Notes: generated from the sequence alone by a model not told the origin. Shown: positions 49,036 through 60,300, counted from the whole stretch's first letter. The stretch: 63,524 bases of DNA, filler included, from Globobulimina sp. (GCA_003354225.1; 52 parts of 52 records of this genome joined end to end with filler, not necessarily neighbours in it), one strand, 5' to 3'. Made by a program: numbers and translations.

Positions 49036-50424
49036 TAACGTCACCATGTTACATAACACTTCATGCTGCCATGCACTATGTAAGAATACAAAATAAACGG
49101 ATACAAACAAAATAAAATAAAATGGAATGAAAGAATATAAATATTATAAGGATAAAGGATGAAGGGTACAAAATCAATAACAAATCAAACTAAATATTAT
49201 TACAACCAGATAAAAAAGTAAAGGAGAAAAACTATGATGGTGAATAAATAAAATGGATGAAATGAATGAAAAAATTAAAATATTATCATACGAGCACCCA
49301 AAGCCTAAATCAATATAAATATGAATTCTATGCTCCCCATCCATGGAATTTGTGATGATGTTCATGTCAACAAATATTTATAACCAGTAAAGATATAACT
49401 TTATAGATCAAAATAAGGTTTAAAGACAGTGCATGTCACCAGATCCAAAAATAAAATAGAATGAGACAATAAATGGATGAGTATATAAAAAGTAGAATAA
49501 AAACAAATGAATACTATGAAACAAAATGGAATAAATTACAGATTAAATACTATGGGGAGCAGTAGAGAAAGAATAAAATGGCAAAAATTGTATTATTAAA
49601 GTCAATGTCGAAAAATAAAGCAAATACTAAATAATAATAATAACCAATCAAATGATATTTAAATGAAAGAATGAATGAATGTGAAATTATTATAATATAT
49701 TATAACTATCAACATATATCTGAAATAGAATAGAATAAAATAAAATAAATTGATTGTAAATTAATGGATTGGATTGAATTGAATTTCTTTTTTTCAATTA
49801 TCGTCGATGAGAGCAAAATGGTGCTAACTAAATTAAACTACAAAAACAAACACCATTAAATTTTCACACAAAAATACATAATGAAGTGTAACAAACAAAT
49901 TAATTTATATATAACACACAACAAAAACAAACAAGACACCACACACAGCTCATATACACACAGTCGCATTAATTTAATTTGAATATTTTAAAAAATACAC
50001 AACAATATGCATTAATTTGAATAAATTCCGAGCAAAAAAACACAAAAGTTTGCATGCAATAATTATTTTTTCTATTTNNNNNNNNNNNNNNNNNNNNNNN
50101 NNNNNNNNNNNNNNNNNNNNNTTAATTAATTAANNNNNNNNNNNNNNNNNNNNNNNNNNNNNNNNNNNNNNNNNNNNTATACTATCAAGTTATTGAGTTA
50201 ATACATTGGTGGATCACTAACACACTGGAGGGAGCAGGGAGTGGAACAATGCATCGATATATGTTGCTTGTAATGAGACTATTTTGACAACCATTTACTT
50301 AATGATCTGAATGTAATTGCATTAGTTGACTTTACTGACTTGCATCGTCTGTTTTTCTTTTTTGTCGCTGACATCCTCTGACACAGCAAGTGGCTAAAAT
50401 TGTTAATTCGAAAAATAATATACA

Positions 50425-51300
50425 ATGAGCGAGCTATTATCATTTTTAGCACTATCAGCATTATATTTTTTATCTAAATCCCAAACGTCGACAGAAATCG
50501 TTGGTGCATGGCTTGATGACTTTGCATATGATAGTAGTCAAGCAAACGGATGGTACACTTTTGTTGGACAATTCAGCAACACACAGCAAGAATTGCCAAA
50601 TTATTTGGTGAATGGAGATGGAACATCAGCTACAAAATATCATGGCCCATTCAAGAGACAGTTAATATATGGCACACCGAAAAGATGGAGACATAATTGG
50701 ATAGTACGGACGTTCAGATGCCAGCAATATGCGCAAGTTTTTATTTCATACCATTATGGATTTTGCAACTGTGCTGGTCAGAGCAGCACATTGATCCGCT
50801 TTGGACAAAACCAAGCAGCAGAAGTCATGGATAATTTCAACGATGCAAATGCATTACAATTTGATGATGAAATATTTGAGAATAATCTGACCGGAGTATC
50901 AGTTGAATGCTCCACAGATGAAAAATGGAAATATAAATCCACTATTATGGATCTAGGATATTTGGCAGCGAATGAAGATTTTACAATAGGTATAAAGCAG
51001 ACCATCGACGACAACACACGCATCAATACAATGTATTCTATTCTGTACAACATACAAATAGAATGTGTCCGTCCAACTACACATCCTACAAATGATCCTA
51101 CACTCCACCCTACCATTAACCCAACAAACTTTCCCACGAAATCGCCCACTAAATCTCCCTCGAAATCACCCACTAAATCTCCCACCAAATCTCCTACTAA
51201 ATCTCCCACCAAATCTCCTTCTAAATATCCAACTAAATCTCCCACACGCGATACAACAATACATACAACGTATAATCAAACTAAATATCATACAAAATAT
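50425..51300 (+). CDS. Secreted protein with PT/SPTK mucin-like stalk (3' partial)
   Basis: Signal peptide MSELLSFLALSALYFLSKS, a globular domain, then (K-S-P-T)n encoded by 12-bp repeats at about 51135-51245. Confidence 0.75.
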
Positions 51301-51400
51301 NNNNNNNNNNNNNNNNNNNNNNNNNNNNNNNNNNNNNNNNNNNNTTAATTAATTAANNNNNNNNNNNNNNNNNNNNNNNNNNNNNNNNNNNNNNNNNNNN

Positions 51401-51985
51401 TCAATTCAAAAAAGTTTTGTTGTCGGTGCCATGACAAAACCGATCACTAACACAAAGAAAAATTTATTAGGAATCCGATTTAAACCAGGGATGGCCCATC
51501 TTTTTTTGAAGCATCCCATGAATGAATTCACAGATCAGATTATTGATTTTTATAATTTTTTCGGAAATGAAGCCACTTATATATCCGAGCAGCTTGCCCC
51601 TCTACTTACGATTGAAAGTCAAATCAGTTTGCTAAATAAGATAATGAAAAAACAAATATCAAAATTTCTACCAATGAATAAGCAAATGATGCTTGCTCTG
51701 GGATATATTTTTGAAACCAAAGGTAAATTCAACGTAATCAAATTAAGTAATCACATTGGTTGGAGTCGACAACATTTCACACGGACTTGCCTGCGATATA
51801 CAGGACTCACTCCAAACTATTTATCCCAGGTGCTTCGTATCAATAATCTAATCAGTCAATTCAACAATAATTTTCCAGACTCTTTGTGTAGTTTGTCTTT
51901 ATCAAATGGATTTTATGACCAAAGTCACATGATCAATGTGTTTAAAAAAATTACCGGTATTCCACCTGCAAAATATTTTGATTAA
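51401..51985 (+). CDS. Bacterial AraC-family transcriptional regulator (DUF6597 + HTH), 5' partial
   Basis: GIRFKPG; WSRQHFTR...YTGLTP; GFYDQSHMINVFKKITGIPP. Confidence 0.88.
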   Translation, partial: SIQKSFVVGAMTKPITNTKKNLLGIRFKPGMAHLFLKHPMNEFTDQIIDFYNFFGNEATYISEQLAPLLTIESQISLLNKIMKKQISKFLPMNKQMMLALGYIFETKGKFNVIKLSNHIGWSRQHFTRTCLRYTGLTPNYLSQVLRINNLISQFNNNFPDSLCSLSLSNGFYDQSHMINVFKKITGIPPAKYFD

Positions 51986-52229
51986 AGTGATTGCTAAAAT
52001 AACTTTCTGATTAACCATAAAACGCAATGCAATCACCAAAAACACAATAGTTTATAAATTTAAAGACTTAAACCAAATAATATGCGATCTCTCAACCCTG
52101 CCTAACGGAACTGATTTGATAACATTTTATATAATTTTTAAAATGTTCCATTTTTCCAATACCTGCTGTCAATTATGCATTATACTTAAAAGTATTGTTG
52201 AAAATTACATTAAAAAAATAGGAGAAAAA

Positions 52230-52490
52230 ATGATTGCATATTGTGGTTTAGACTGCTCAGCCTGCGAGGCGTTTATAGCAACCAAAGAAAATGATGATAC
52301 TAAAAGAGAGACGGTTGCCCAAAAATGGACGGTGACCTATAATACTGAAATGACAAAGGATCAAATTAATTGTCATGGCTGCAAATCAACTGGTCAAAGA
52401 TTCTTTTTTTCCGAGAACAGGTGCGAAATCCGCAAATGCAATATTGAAAAATCTAATGCCAATTGTGCGGAGTGCAGCGAATACCGTTAG
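52230..52490 (+). CDS. Bacterial DUF3795 Cys-rich protein, truncated
   Basis: SD-like AGGAG before the ATG at 52230; MIAYCGLDCSACEAFIAT...INCHGCKS...CEIRKC...NCAEC. Confidence 0.85.
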   Translation: MIAYCGLDCSACEAFIATKENDDTKRETVAQKWTVTYNTEMTKDQINCHGCKSTGQRFFFSENRCEIRKCNIEKSNANCAECSEYR

Positions 52491-52623
52491 CCGCAATGCC
52501 TGTGGGCATTCACGGTATTCGCGNNNNNNNNNNNNNNNNNNNNNNNNNNNNNNNNNNNNNNNNNNNNTTAATTAATTAANNNNNNNNNNNNNNNNNNNNN
52601 NNNNNNNNNNNNNNNNNNNNNNN

Positions 52624-53380
52624 TTGGTTGTTCATGTAATAAAAAGAATAAATATGAAATATCCTCACCATTATCAGCCATTAATTCCATATTCATACTG
52701 TCATTCTGATAGAAATCAATATTCATACAACCATTCATTCCATTCATTGTATTCTGCATCAAATATCTATCAATTTTTGTCTTTGCGTTAATTAATTGAA
52801 TAGGTGCAATATCGATGATTTTATAGTTATATTCATCATACACATTACAAGCACCATTGGAATCTAATAAATTGGATATTAAATCAGTTGAAAAATTGCC
52901 ATAAACACACGCTATTTGCGCTATATTTAAACTCAATGTACCATTGTTTTGATAAGTATTTATTTCTTGAATAGCTTCGTTTTTTAATCTATTGAAATTG
53001 CCCCATAATATGGCATCGACCAACCACTGTCTTTCCCAGAATTTAACAGCATTTGGGTTGATATATGCCCACCAATACGTTGATGATAAATAACATGGTA
53101 TTAAGGCATCGTCCAGCGGCGTTTTAATAAAAGTTTGAATTTTATATTGCATTTCCATCGGTGACTTGCAATTGTTATCAAAGCTATTTATTGAATCTAT
53201 GGATGGATTGCAATTGAGTGTTGATTGAGATCTGGATTGGGATTTTGAACCGAGCTGTCTTAAACGATATTGATTTTGAAATAATGGAATACGCGGTGTT
53301 GAGTATAATGGAATGTATCGATATCGACTTAATGCACGGATATATAATGGTTTTGTTCCATTTGTCATAGATTTGAACAT
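52624..53380 (-). CDS. rquA: Rhodoquinone biosynthesis protein RquA with N-terminal mitochondrial presequence (3' partial)
   Basis: IPCYLSSTYWWAYINP.AV..WERQWLVDAILWGNFNRL, QIACVYG, IIDIAPIQL.NAK.K, FFLLHEQP are diagnostic RquA motifs. The N-terminal ~55 aa are Arg/Ser-rich and lack acidic residues. Confidence 0.92.
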
Positions 53381-53536
53381 AGTTTAATATGGTTTCCGAT
53401 AGACTGGATATTAGTATGTGATACAATTATATAATTATTTTCATACAGCATGGAAAGAAATGAAGTTGTTACTAAATTTTTTGCATTTTTGCATCTTTGC
53501 ATACAGATAACAATAATAGCCATTTAGAATTAAGTG

Positions 53537-53746
53537 ATGCAAAAATCAAAAATCCCAAAGGAACTGCAATTGTTGACATCAATTTTCCAAAATATTTTGA
53601 ACAATCCGCAGAACAAAAAGTATAGAAACCTGAATTTTAAGAGAATTTGCAGACAGATCAATGAATCATATCTCAAATGGATTTATAATGCCGGGTTTGA
53701 AATATCAAGCGATGAGAAACGATTAGTGTTAGATTCATCAAATATA
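53537..53746 (+). CDS. PUB-domain protein (partial)
   Basis: LLTSIFQNILNNPQNKKYRNLN...IYNAGF is the PUB signature (NI..NP...KYR.....GF). Confidence 0.8.
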
Positions 53747-53846
53747 NNNNNNNNNNNNNNNNNNNNNNNNNNNNNNNNNNNNNNNNNNNNTTAATTAATT
53801 AANNNNNNNNNNNNNNNNNNNNNNNNNNNNNNNNNNNNNNNNNNNN

Positions 53847-54777
53847 TTTCGCTGTTGTTCTGAGTGGAGTTTGACGTTTCGTATGGACAATCTCCGGCAT
53901 AATGACCTTGAAGCCCGCAGCTGTGACAGAAGTAGATTTTTCGCGCTGGAGCCGAGGAATTTTGAGGGGCATTTCTTTGGAATTGCATTTGATTTTGGCC
54001 AAATTGGCCAAACTGTCCAGTTTGGTGTTGGGTTGACTGATTGAGGTGTAATTGAGACAAGAATTGACCGATAATCGCTGCTTGGTCGAGAGGCTGATTG
54101 GCGGGAGTAGGACCCGCCGTGAACCGAAAGGGCTGTTGAGTTGAACGAGAGAAACGATCTCCAGACTGATCGTTTGGACGTCCATATGGTCGGTAACGTG
54201 GTTTTTGCTTTACCCGGTCCAAAGCACGATCCAAAGCTTGACGATCTTGCGAGCTTGAAAGAACAGCATTTGGACGACGCATCTCCTCAACAACAGTCCA
54301 TCCATATTGATCGGCCAAAGAAACATCTTGTTGTCGTCTTTTTAAAATTTCATGACTCTCCATAATGTTGTCCATCAATACTGCATCATAAGTCGGTTCA
54401 GTAGATAAACGTTCTATAGCGTGAGATAATGGAGCCATTGCAGATGTAACAACTTCATACTGCTTTTGTAAACCGATATTTTGGAAATTTGGTGTTGTTG
54501 GGGGAACAGAAGTAGCTTGAGAGGCACGTACGCCTGAACGAACGGCTTGGTCGATTAAATCCTTCAATTCATGACGAGAGAAAGTAACAGTTTCGGCTGA
54601 TTCATTGTTTGGAACCGAAAAAATACTTCCGTCATCTAATGTCGGACTGGGTGACGAAATGACTGGTTCATTTATGACCACTGCAACAGGCTCTTTAGGT
54701 AGATTTTGTCTTCGATGAACTGATCGAGTTTGTAGTGGTTTAGGGACAGTTTTCTCCTTCTTATTTTTTGGAGGCAT
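53847..54777 (-). mobile_element. Gag-like ORF1 with CCHC knuckle of a DIRS/Ngaro-type tyrosine-recombinase retrotransposon
   Basis: RRQQDVSLADQYGWTVVEEM...LSSSQDRQAL motif; CHSCGLQGHYAGDC; intronless and GC-richer than host genes. Confidence 0.75.
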
Positions 54778-54859
54778 TATTAACGTAACAACAATATTAG
54801 AAAATTATGCAGTTTAGGAATAGAAACGAATGATAGATGATCAAACGAGATTAAAGCAA

Positions 54860-54969
54860 CCAAACGCCGAAAAGTGGCCTTCTCTCCTCGCCGCTCGAAA
54901 ATACACTAAAGGGCGTGGCCCAGACACACGGACAACCAATCAGCGCCCATCGGAACTTTCAAAAGAGAT
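54860..54969 (-). promoter_or_regulatory. GC-rich upstream segment with CCAAT and GC-box-like motifs (probable retroelement terminal repeat/promoter)
   Basis: GGGCGTGGCC and CCAATCAG lie about 130-165 bp upstream of the Gag ATG. Confidence 0.4.
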
Positions 54970-55069
54970 NNNNNNNNNNNNNNNNNNNNNNNNNNNNNNN
55001 NNNNNNNNNNNNNTTAATTAATTAANNNNNNNNNNNNNNNNNNNNNNNNNNNNNNNNNNNNNNNNNNNN

Positions 55070-55247
55070 TTTGACCAAATAACATTGCCTCAAAGACCGG
55101 ACTTATGGTTGCCAAAAATGTTCGGTTTATATTGTATTCTTTTCTATCCGCACCAATAATAAATGTTGTATCTGCAAACTTTTCTGTATTCAACACATTT
55201 AACAATAATCCACGTTGTTGTGCCTGTTTCGACTCAGCATACTCCAT
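55070..55247 (-). CDS. BTB/POZ-domain protein, N-terminal fragment
   Basis: FADTTFIIG...YNINRTFLATISPVFEAMLFG. Confidence 0.85.
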
Positions 55248-55317
55248 TATCTCTTATAAAAATAGCTTAAATAAATTTTGTATCTAAAAATGTCTAAAGT
55301 AAACAAGCAGATCATCT

Positions 55318-56192
55318 TCAAAACTGTTTGCCTTTTGCTTTTCCAGCCATATACCTTTGCCACTTTCTTTTATTCTTTCCCGCCTCCCATCTCTGAATAG
55401 CAACATTAAATCGAGTCATATTTGGCCTCTTCACATTATCCACATCTTGTATCAGGTTCCAATCTGACATCAGTTCACAGTCAAATTCATTCAAAAATAT
55501 TTGCCGGTATCCAAACATTTTTGCATATGGATGCAATGAATGCCATATCTTGCACAGTTTATGTTCTCCAATTGACTTAAATGCATATTCCATTGTCACA
55601 ACACTAACATTATCATCATGTGTCCTGTGAAATAAATTGGAATTATAATTATACTCAAACGCACATTTAATTCTTTGCAATAATTGTTCATAACTTATAG
55701 ACCTTGCACTAACTTTATTTTCTGGCAACACAAAATCTGTTGTCTCATTAACAAAATATAAATGTTTTATAATCTTCAATACCTCCTCATATCTTTTATT
55801 CCCATCCAATAAATCTTCATATCGAATCCTTACAATTCTGGATTGTTCATTGTGCCATTTCCTTTGTTCATCGTTCAACAAAATATCAACAATTTCAAAT
55901 TGCAACTTCCACTTTTCCGCCAATGATATTTCTCTGAGTCCCATATAAATGTCCATCCAAAAATGATCTGCATCCCAGTCATTCATTTTGATTCTACCAA
56001 AATGTTGCATATGTTGTGTGAATCTCAGCTGATATAAACTCCACAGCGAATGCCAAGGATCCCTGATTAACCAAACTAAGCCAGCAGCAGCGCCAATGAC
56101 TGAGCTTGTTTTTTTCCAGACGCCGGCTGGCGTAAACTTGACCGGCGGCATTTGTTTAAAGAACCAGATCGGATGGACTTTGCAAACGATTA
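55318..56192 (-). CDS. Sulfotransferase-family protein, C-terminal part
   Basis: 3'-PB motif LIRDPWHSLWSLY and IRYEDL. Confidence 0.7.
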
Positions 56193-56292
56193 NNNNNNNN
56201 NNNNNNNNNNNNNNNNNNNNNNNNNNNNNNNNNNNNTTAATTAATTAANNNNNNNNNNNNNNNNNNNNNNNNNNNNNNNNNNNNNNNNNNNN

Positions 56293-57150
56293 CTATCTCT
56301 AAGTTCAAAGTATTTCGAACATAATCCTTTTCCTTAATATTTGAGTTTAATCCGCAAGAAATAAAATATTCAAATTCATCATTTGCATTCTTAACATCAT
56401 CGTCACTCTGCGTAACATAGTTAAGCGGTTTACATTTTGCATAACAATATGAGGGATAAAACATATCCCCCTCATATTCAATATCACCACCTTTACTCGA
56501 ATATTGTTTCTCTTTTTTTTCTTCATCCACATCATCTTCAATCATATCATTATGTGCTGCAACATGTACATTCTCCACCTCTTTGCTTTCTGTTTTTGTC
56601 TCTGTATCAAAGAAATAATTATAAAAAATGCCAGTATATGTAATCGATGTGCTGTTAGGCATTTTATTTGCTTTCAATATCGCATCCCTGAATATTTAAT
56701 ATTAAAATAATTTGTATACATGTATTTAAATATAATTTTGTAAGTTACCTAAAATTATTTACGTCTTTTGCACCGCCAACGCTAAATCCAATACATGAGC
56801 CCATTTGGCCCATACCAACCATGACTCCCTGATGGCGAGATCTGCCCACAATTGTTGGAAACACGGCTCTCGGCGCGTCGTCACCACAAAAACCTGCTTT
56901 TAAATAGAAAGAGCCGCTGTCAATCACAATAGCTTGCAATTCTTCTTCTTCTTCTTCTTCTTCAAATTCTTCAGTTAAACTTATGATATTCAAATCAATT
57001 TTGTTTGTTTCACTCATTTGAGTCATTTTCAACATATCGCTCAATTTTGTTTCATCGATATTAATTCCAACTTTATTGCAAATATGAAATTCTTCTGTTG
57101 ATGATAAATTAGGATATAATGTCAACGCTTTTTGCTTTAAACTTGAGACA
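56293..57150 (-). CDS. Beta-grasp-like / actin N-terminal fragment / VWA-associated domain fusion protein (intron 56688-56748), partial
   Basis: [43 protein letters not shown] (actin) runs in frame into [40 protein letters not shown]...FYPSY...ISCGLNS...RNTLNL. The 61-bp GT..AG intron preserves the frame. Confidence 0.75.
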
Positions 57151-57239
57151 TTTATTTCATCTGAATTTAACCACACAGGCACGATCTCTATCTTTTCTGA
57201 GCTGACTCCCTTCTGAATGAACTGGCTCCTGAAACCTTC
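57150..57239 (-). CDS. Bacterial GT4 (WcaI-like) glycosyltransferase sliver within a chimera
   Basis: [23 protein letters not shown] resembles the GT4 'GF...L..KGV..EKI.VIPNW' motif. Confidence 0.5.
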
Positions 57240-57414
57240 CACTTTTGTAAACCTGAGTGGCAATGCAGTCCGTTATTGGCTAAAGAAATTAAAACTTCCG
57301 GAAGAAAACCTGATGGTGGTGGTGGATGATATTGCCCTGCCTTATGGCACCTTGCGCCTCAGGGCAAAAGGAGGAGACGCCGGCCACAATGGGCTGGCAC
57401 ATATCACATCCATT
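57226..57414 (+). CDS. pth: Bacterial peptidyl-tRNA hydrolase fragment (Bacteroidota-like)
   Basis: [19 protein letters not shown]...[27 protein letters not shown]. Confidence 0.9.
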
Positions 57415-57514
57415 NNNNNNNNNNNNNNNNNNNNNNNNNNNNNNNNNNNNNNNNNNNNTTAATTAATTAANNNNNNNNNNNNNNNNNNNNNNNNNNNNNN
57501 NNNNNNNNNNNNNN

Positions 57515-57800
57515 GTATTGCTCTTGGGCCCCACATTTAGGACAAGTACCTTTAACAAATCGATCAGGTAAAAAGATATTGTCATGCTCACAAAAAGTTT
57601 GTTCTACGGAGCGGCGCTCAAGATGTTTGTTTTCTTTGAGCTTTTCATAAAAATAGGCCGCCCATTTTTCATTTTCAGGACTGTGGGTAGAATAATAATT
57701 ATCAAATTGGATGCCAAAAGCAGCAAAATCTCGACGGTGTTCTTCATTCATCCGTTCAATTAACTCTTCTGGCTTAATCCCTTCTTGCATGGACCGGATC
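57515..57800 (-). CDS. metG: Bacterial methionyl-tRNA synthetase internal fragment (chimeric join at about 57800)
   Basis: QEGIKPEELI...EEHRRDFAAFGIQFDNYYSTHSPEN...FLPDRFVKGTCPKCGAQEQY. Confidence 0.92.
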
Positions 57801-58110
57801 CAATATATAATCGCATTTGTATCCCATTTGGATACGCGAACTGGATTAACAGGCACGCACCTAAATAGCTTAATCATGTACCTTGATGATTGCTTGGCAG
57901 TTTGAGAGATTGTTTTCGTTTAAGTGTTGTAAATATCTGCTTAACTCTACTATGACAACAAAACAATTAAATAGTGAACATTTAATTCAACCATCTGTCA
58001 AGGTCTCAAGGTCTCTGATTATGAAACTCTGTAAACAAATTTTGTACATTTTATTACAAAAATAGAAAAACTATAAATAAGACAGTGTCAATTATCTGAA
58101 TAAAACAAAC

Positions 58111-58635
58111 ATGCAAATATTATTCATCTGTATTATCATTGCAGTGTTATTCATTACAACAGAAACAATCGACTGTTTCCGAAACGACGGACATCTAAAT
58201 CCTGTCATCGACCATACTACATTCCAGCATCCAGTTATCCACAAAAATCAAATTCTACGACCATTAACATCAAAAGAACAAGCATCATTTGGATGTAATT
58301 CAATTACAAAACATGTTGGAATAACAGAGCAACCACTTGCAATTATTGTGCTTACTCCGGATATAATCACTCACGAAAAAGCCATTAGATACATTTCCAG
58401 AAACAAAATGGTCAAACATTTATCACGACTGATTCGCACAAAAATGGATGCAGTCATTGCAGATTCAGGGCAATGGCAAGCCACACATTCAGATATACGC
58501 ACATTAACACAACAAGCACAACCACATGGCGGATGTGACGATATTGATAAACTTATTAAAAAGGAACAACGTAAATGGGAAGAAACAACCCTTAACAAAG
58601 AAGTTACGAAGAAACAAAATATTATTTGGACATCA
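58111..58635 (+). CDS. Secreted hypothetical protein (3' partial)
   Basis: Signal peptide MQILFICIIIAVLFITT; host-like composition. Confidence 0.5.
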
Positions 58636-58736
58636 ANNNNNNNNNNNNNNNNNNNNNNNNNNNNNNNNNNNNNNNNNNNNTTAATTAATTAANNNNNNNN
58701 NNNNNNNNNNNNNNNNNNNNNNNNNNNNNNNNNNNN

Positions 58737-59809
58737 AATTGGAAAAACCAGAATCAAAATACCTCGTTCAACCACAACCAACCACCACTGAGTTGACGCG
58801 AAACAGACATAAACATTTCAAACGAGTACAATCAATCTCATCATCCATCACCAACTACCAACCAATTGCAACGAATCAGACCCATGATTTTCAAAAAAAA
58901 GAAGATGACTCAAACGAACTCACAGATTCCGACCAACAACCACCCGAAGAGGAAAAGGAAGCATTTCTAGGATTAATAACTCCAAAACGCAACATTCTGC
59001 AACACAAAGATAAAGAGATGCACTCAAAATTAGCTCATTTAACATTATCCGCAGCATCAATTACAAAGCCACAAAAGAATGATGCATCGATAACTATCAA
59101 TACATTGTCAATATATGATACTGTGCAGTCACAGTCTGTCAACACACAAAATACAATCAATACATCAAAATGGATGAGCTCTTTTATGGCGAATATGGAG
59201 TGGGTCACTGCTCCATTTATTGCACAAAATAAAAATAAGAATTATTTTATTGTCATCTATATAGCATTCATATTATTGGATATATTGATATTTATTATTG
59301 AAATGTTTGTAGATAGCATGACAGTGTCAGTACTGCCCAGTATATGGCAGATATTACGGGAATATTTTATGAATTTTTGGTTTTATTTGTTGAAATGTGC
59401 TGATTTTGTTTTGGAATTGTTAGTGTTGAAGGATTGGACTGAACGGGATAGCTGGAAAGAGAGAGCAAGGAAATTGTACGAACAATCTGCGAGAAGACAT
59501 AAGTTTTATTTGGTTTCAGATGATATTGTTGAAGATCAAACCTTTGACCACGGTGTCCATGCCCATGCTCGTCGGGGACGTAATTTATTTGGTGTTCAAA
59601 ATACAAGAAAGATAATCGAACGACAACGAGCGGCAGCAATTATAAGTACGGATATTGGAATTTGTTTAATTTGTTTGATTGGTAAAAAAGAAATGGCGTT
59701 AAAGGAATGTGGACATATTGTGTGCTGTCAAAAATGTATAAAAGGACTTAAAAAATGTCCAGTTTGTAGGGCAAACATAATAACAGCACCCTTGCGATTG
59801 TTCACTTAA
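58737..59809 (+). CDS. Membrane-associated C3HC4 RING E3 ligase (5' partial)
   Basis: TM segment; CLICL...CGHIVCCQKC...CPVCR at the C-terminus. Confidence 0.85.
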
Positions 59810-60300
59810 TTCACACTGTCATTCATCACCTCGTTTGAACATATATACTTGTTCGTAANNNNNNNNNNNNNNNNNNNNNNNNNNNNNNNNNNNNNNNNNN
59901 NNTTAATTAATTAANNNNNNNNNNNNNNNNNNNNNNNNNNNNNNNNNNNNNNNNNNNNAATATTAATATTAACGTAATTATTTAGTAAGTGTACTACAAG
60001 TACATTTTTATAGTTTATCGTCCTTTTTAATTAATTTTGATTAACTTTGAAGTCATAAACAAGTATAACTCATTAGAGTACTACTTATCTACAAGCAGTT
60101 AAGTTGTATGTTCATTGTAGAATTTTAGGCGAAAAAACCACCAATGACCTATGAAAAAAAATGCAGCAAAGTCAAGCAATGATGTCGCTAATTTAAAACA
60201 AGAAATCGCTTTATTAAAAAAGAGGCTTTCAAAAGTAAAGCTAGGAAAAGATAAAAGTCTTTACGTTAAAATTGATGATGTCATATATACATATTATCAT

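Noticed and set aside
49011-50077. Yeast-like point centromere (CDEI followed by AT-rich DNA)
   Set aside because: No CDEIII-like motif at the expected spacing, and the host genes are not yeast-like.
50778-51245. ORF with GDLV repeats
   Set aside because: Antisense translation of the SPTK repeat of the secreted protein.
51401-53380. Apparent AraC-DUF3795-rquA operon or bacterial origin of rquA by adjacency
   Set aside because: The genes are on different contigs separated by a linker; adjacency reflects length sorting only.
56745-57263. 172-aa ORF as a full actin or single protein
   Set aside because: The N-terminal part is bacterial chimera, only about 50 residues are actin, and the real frame continues via an intron.
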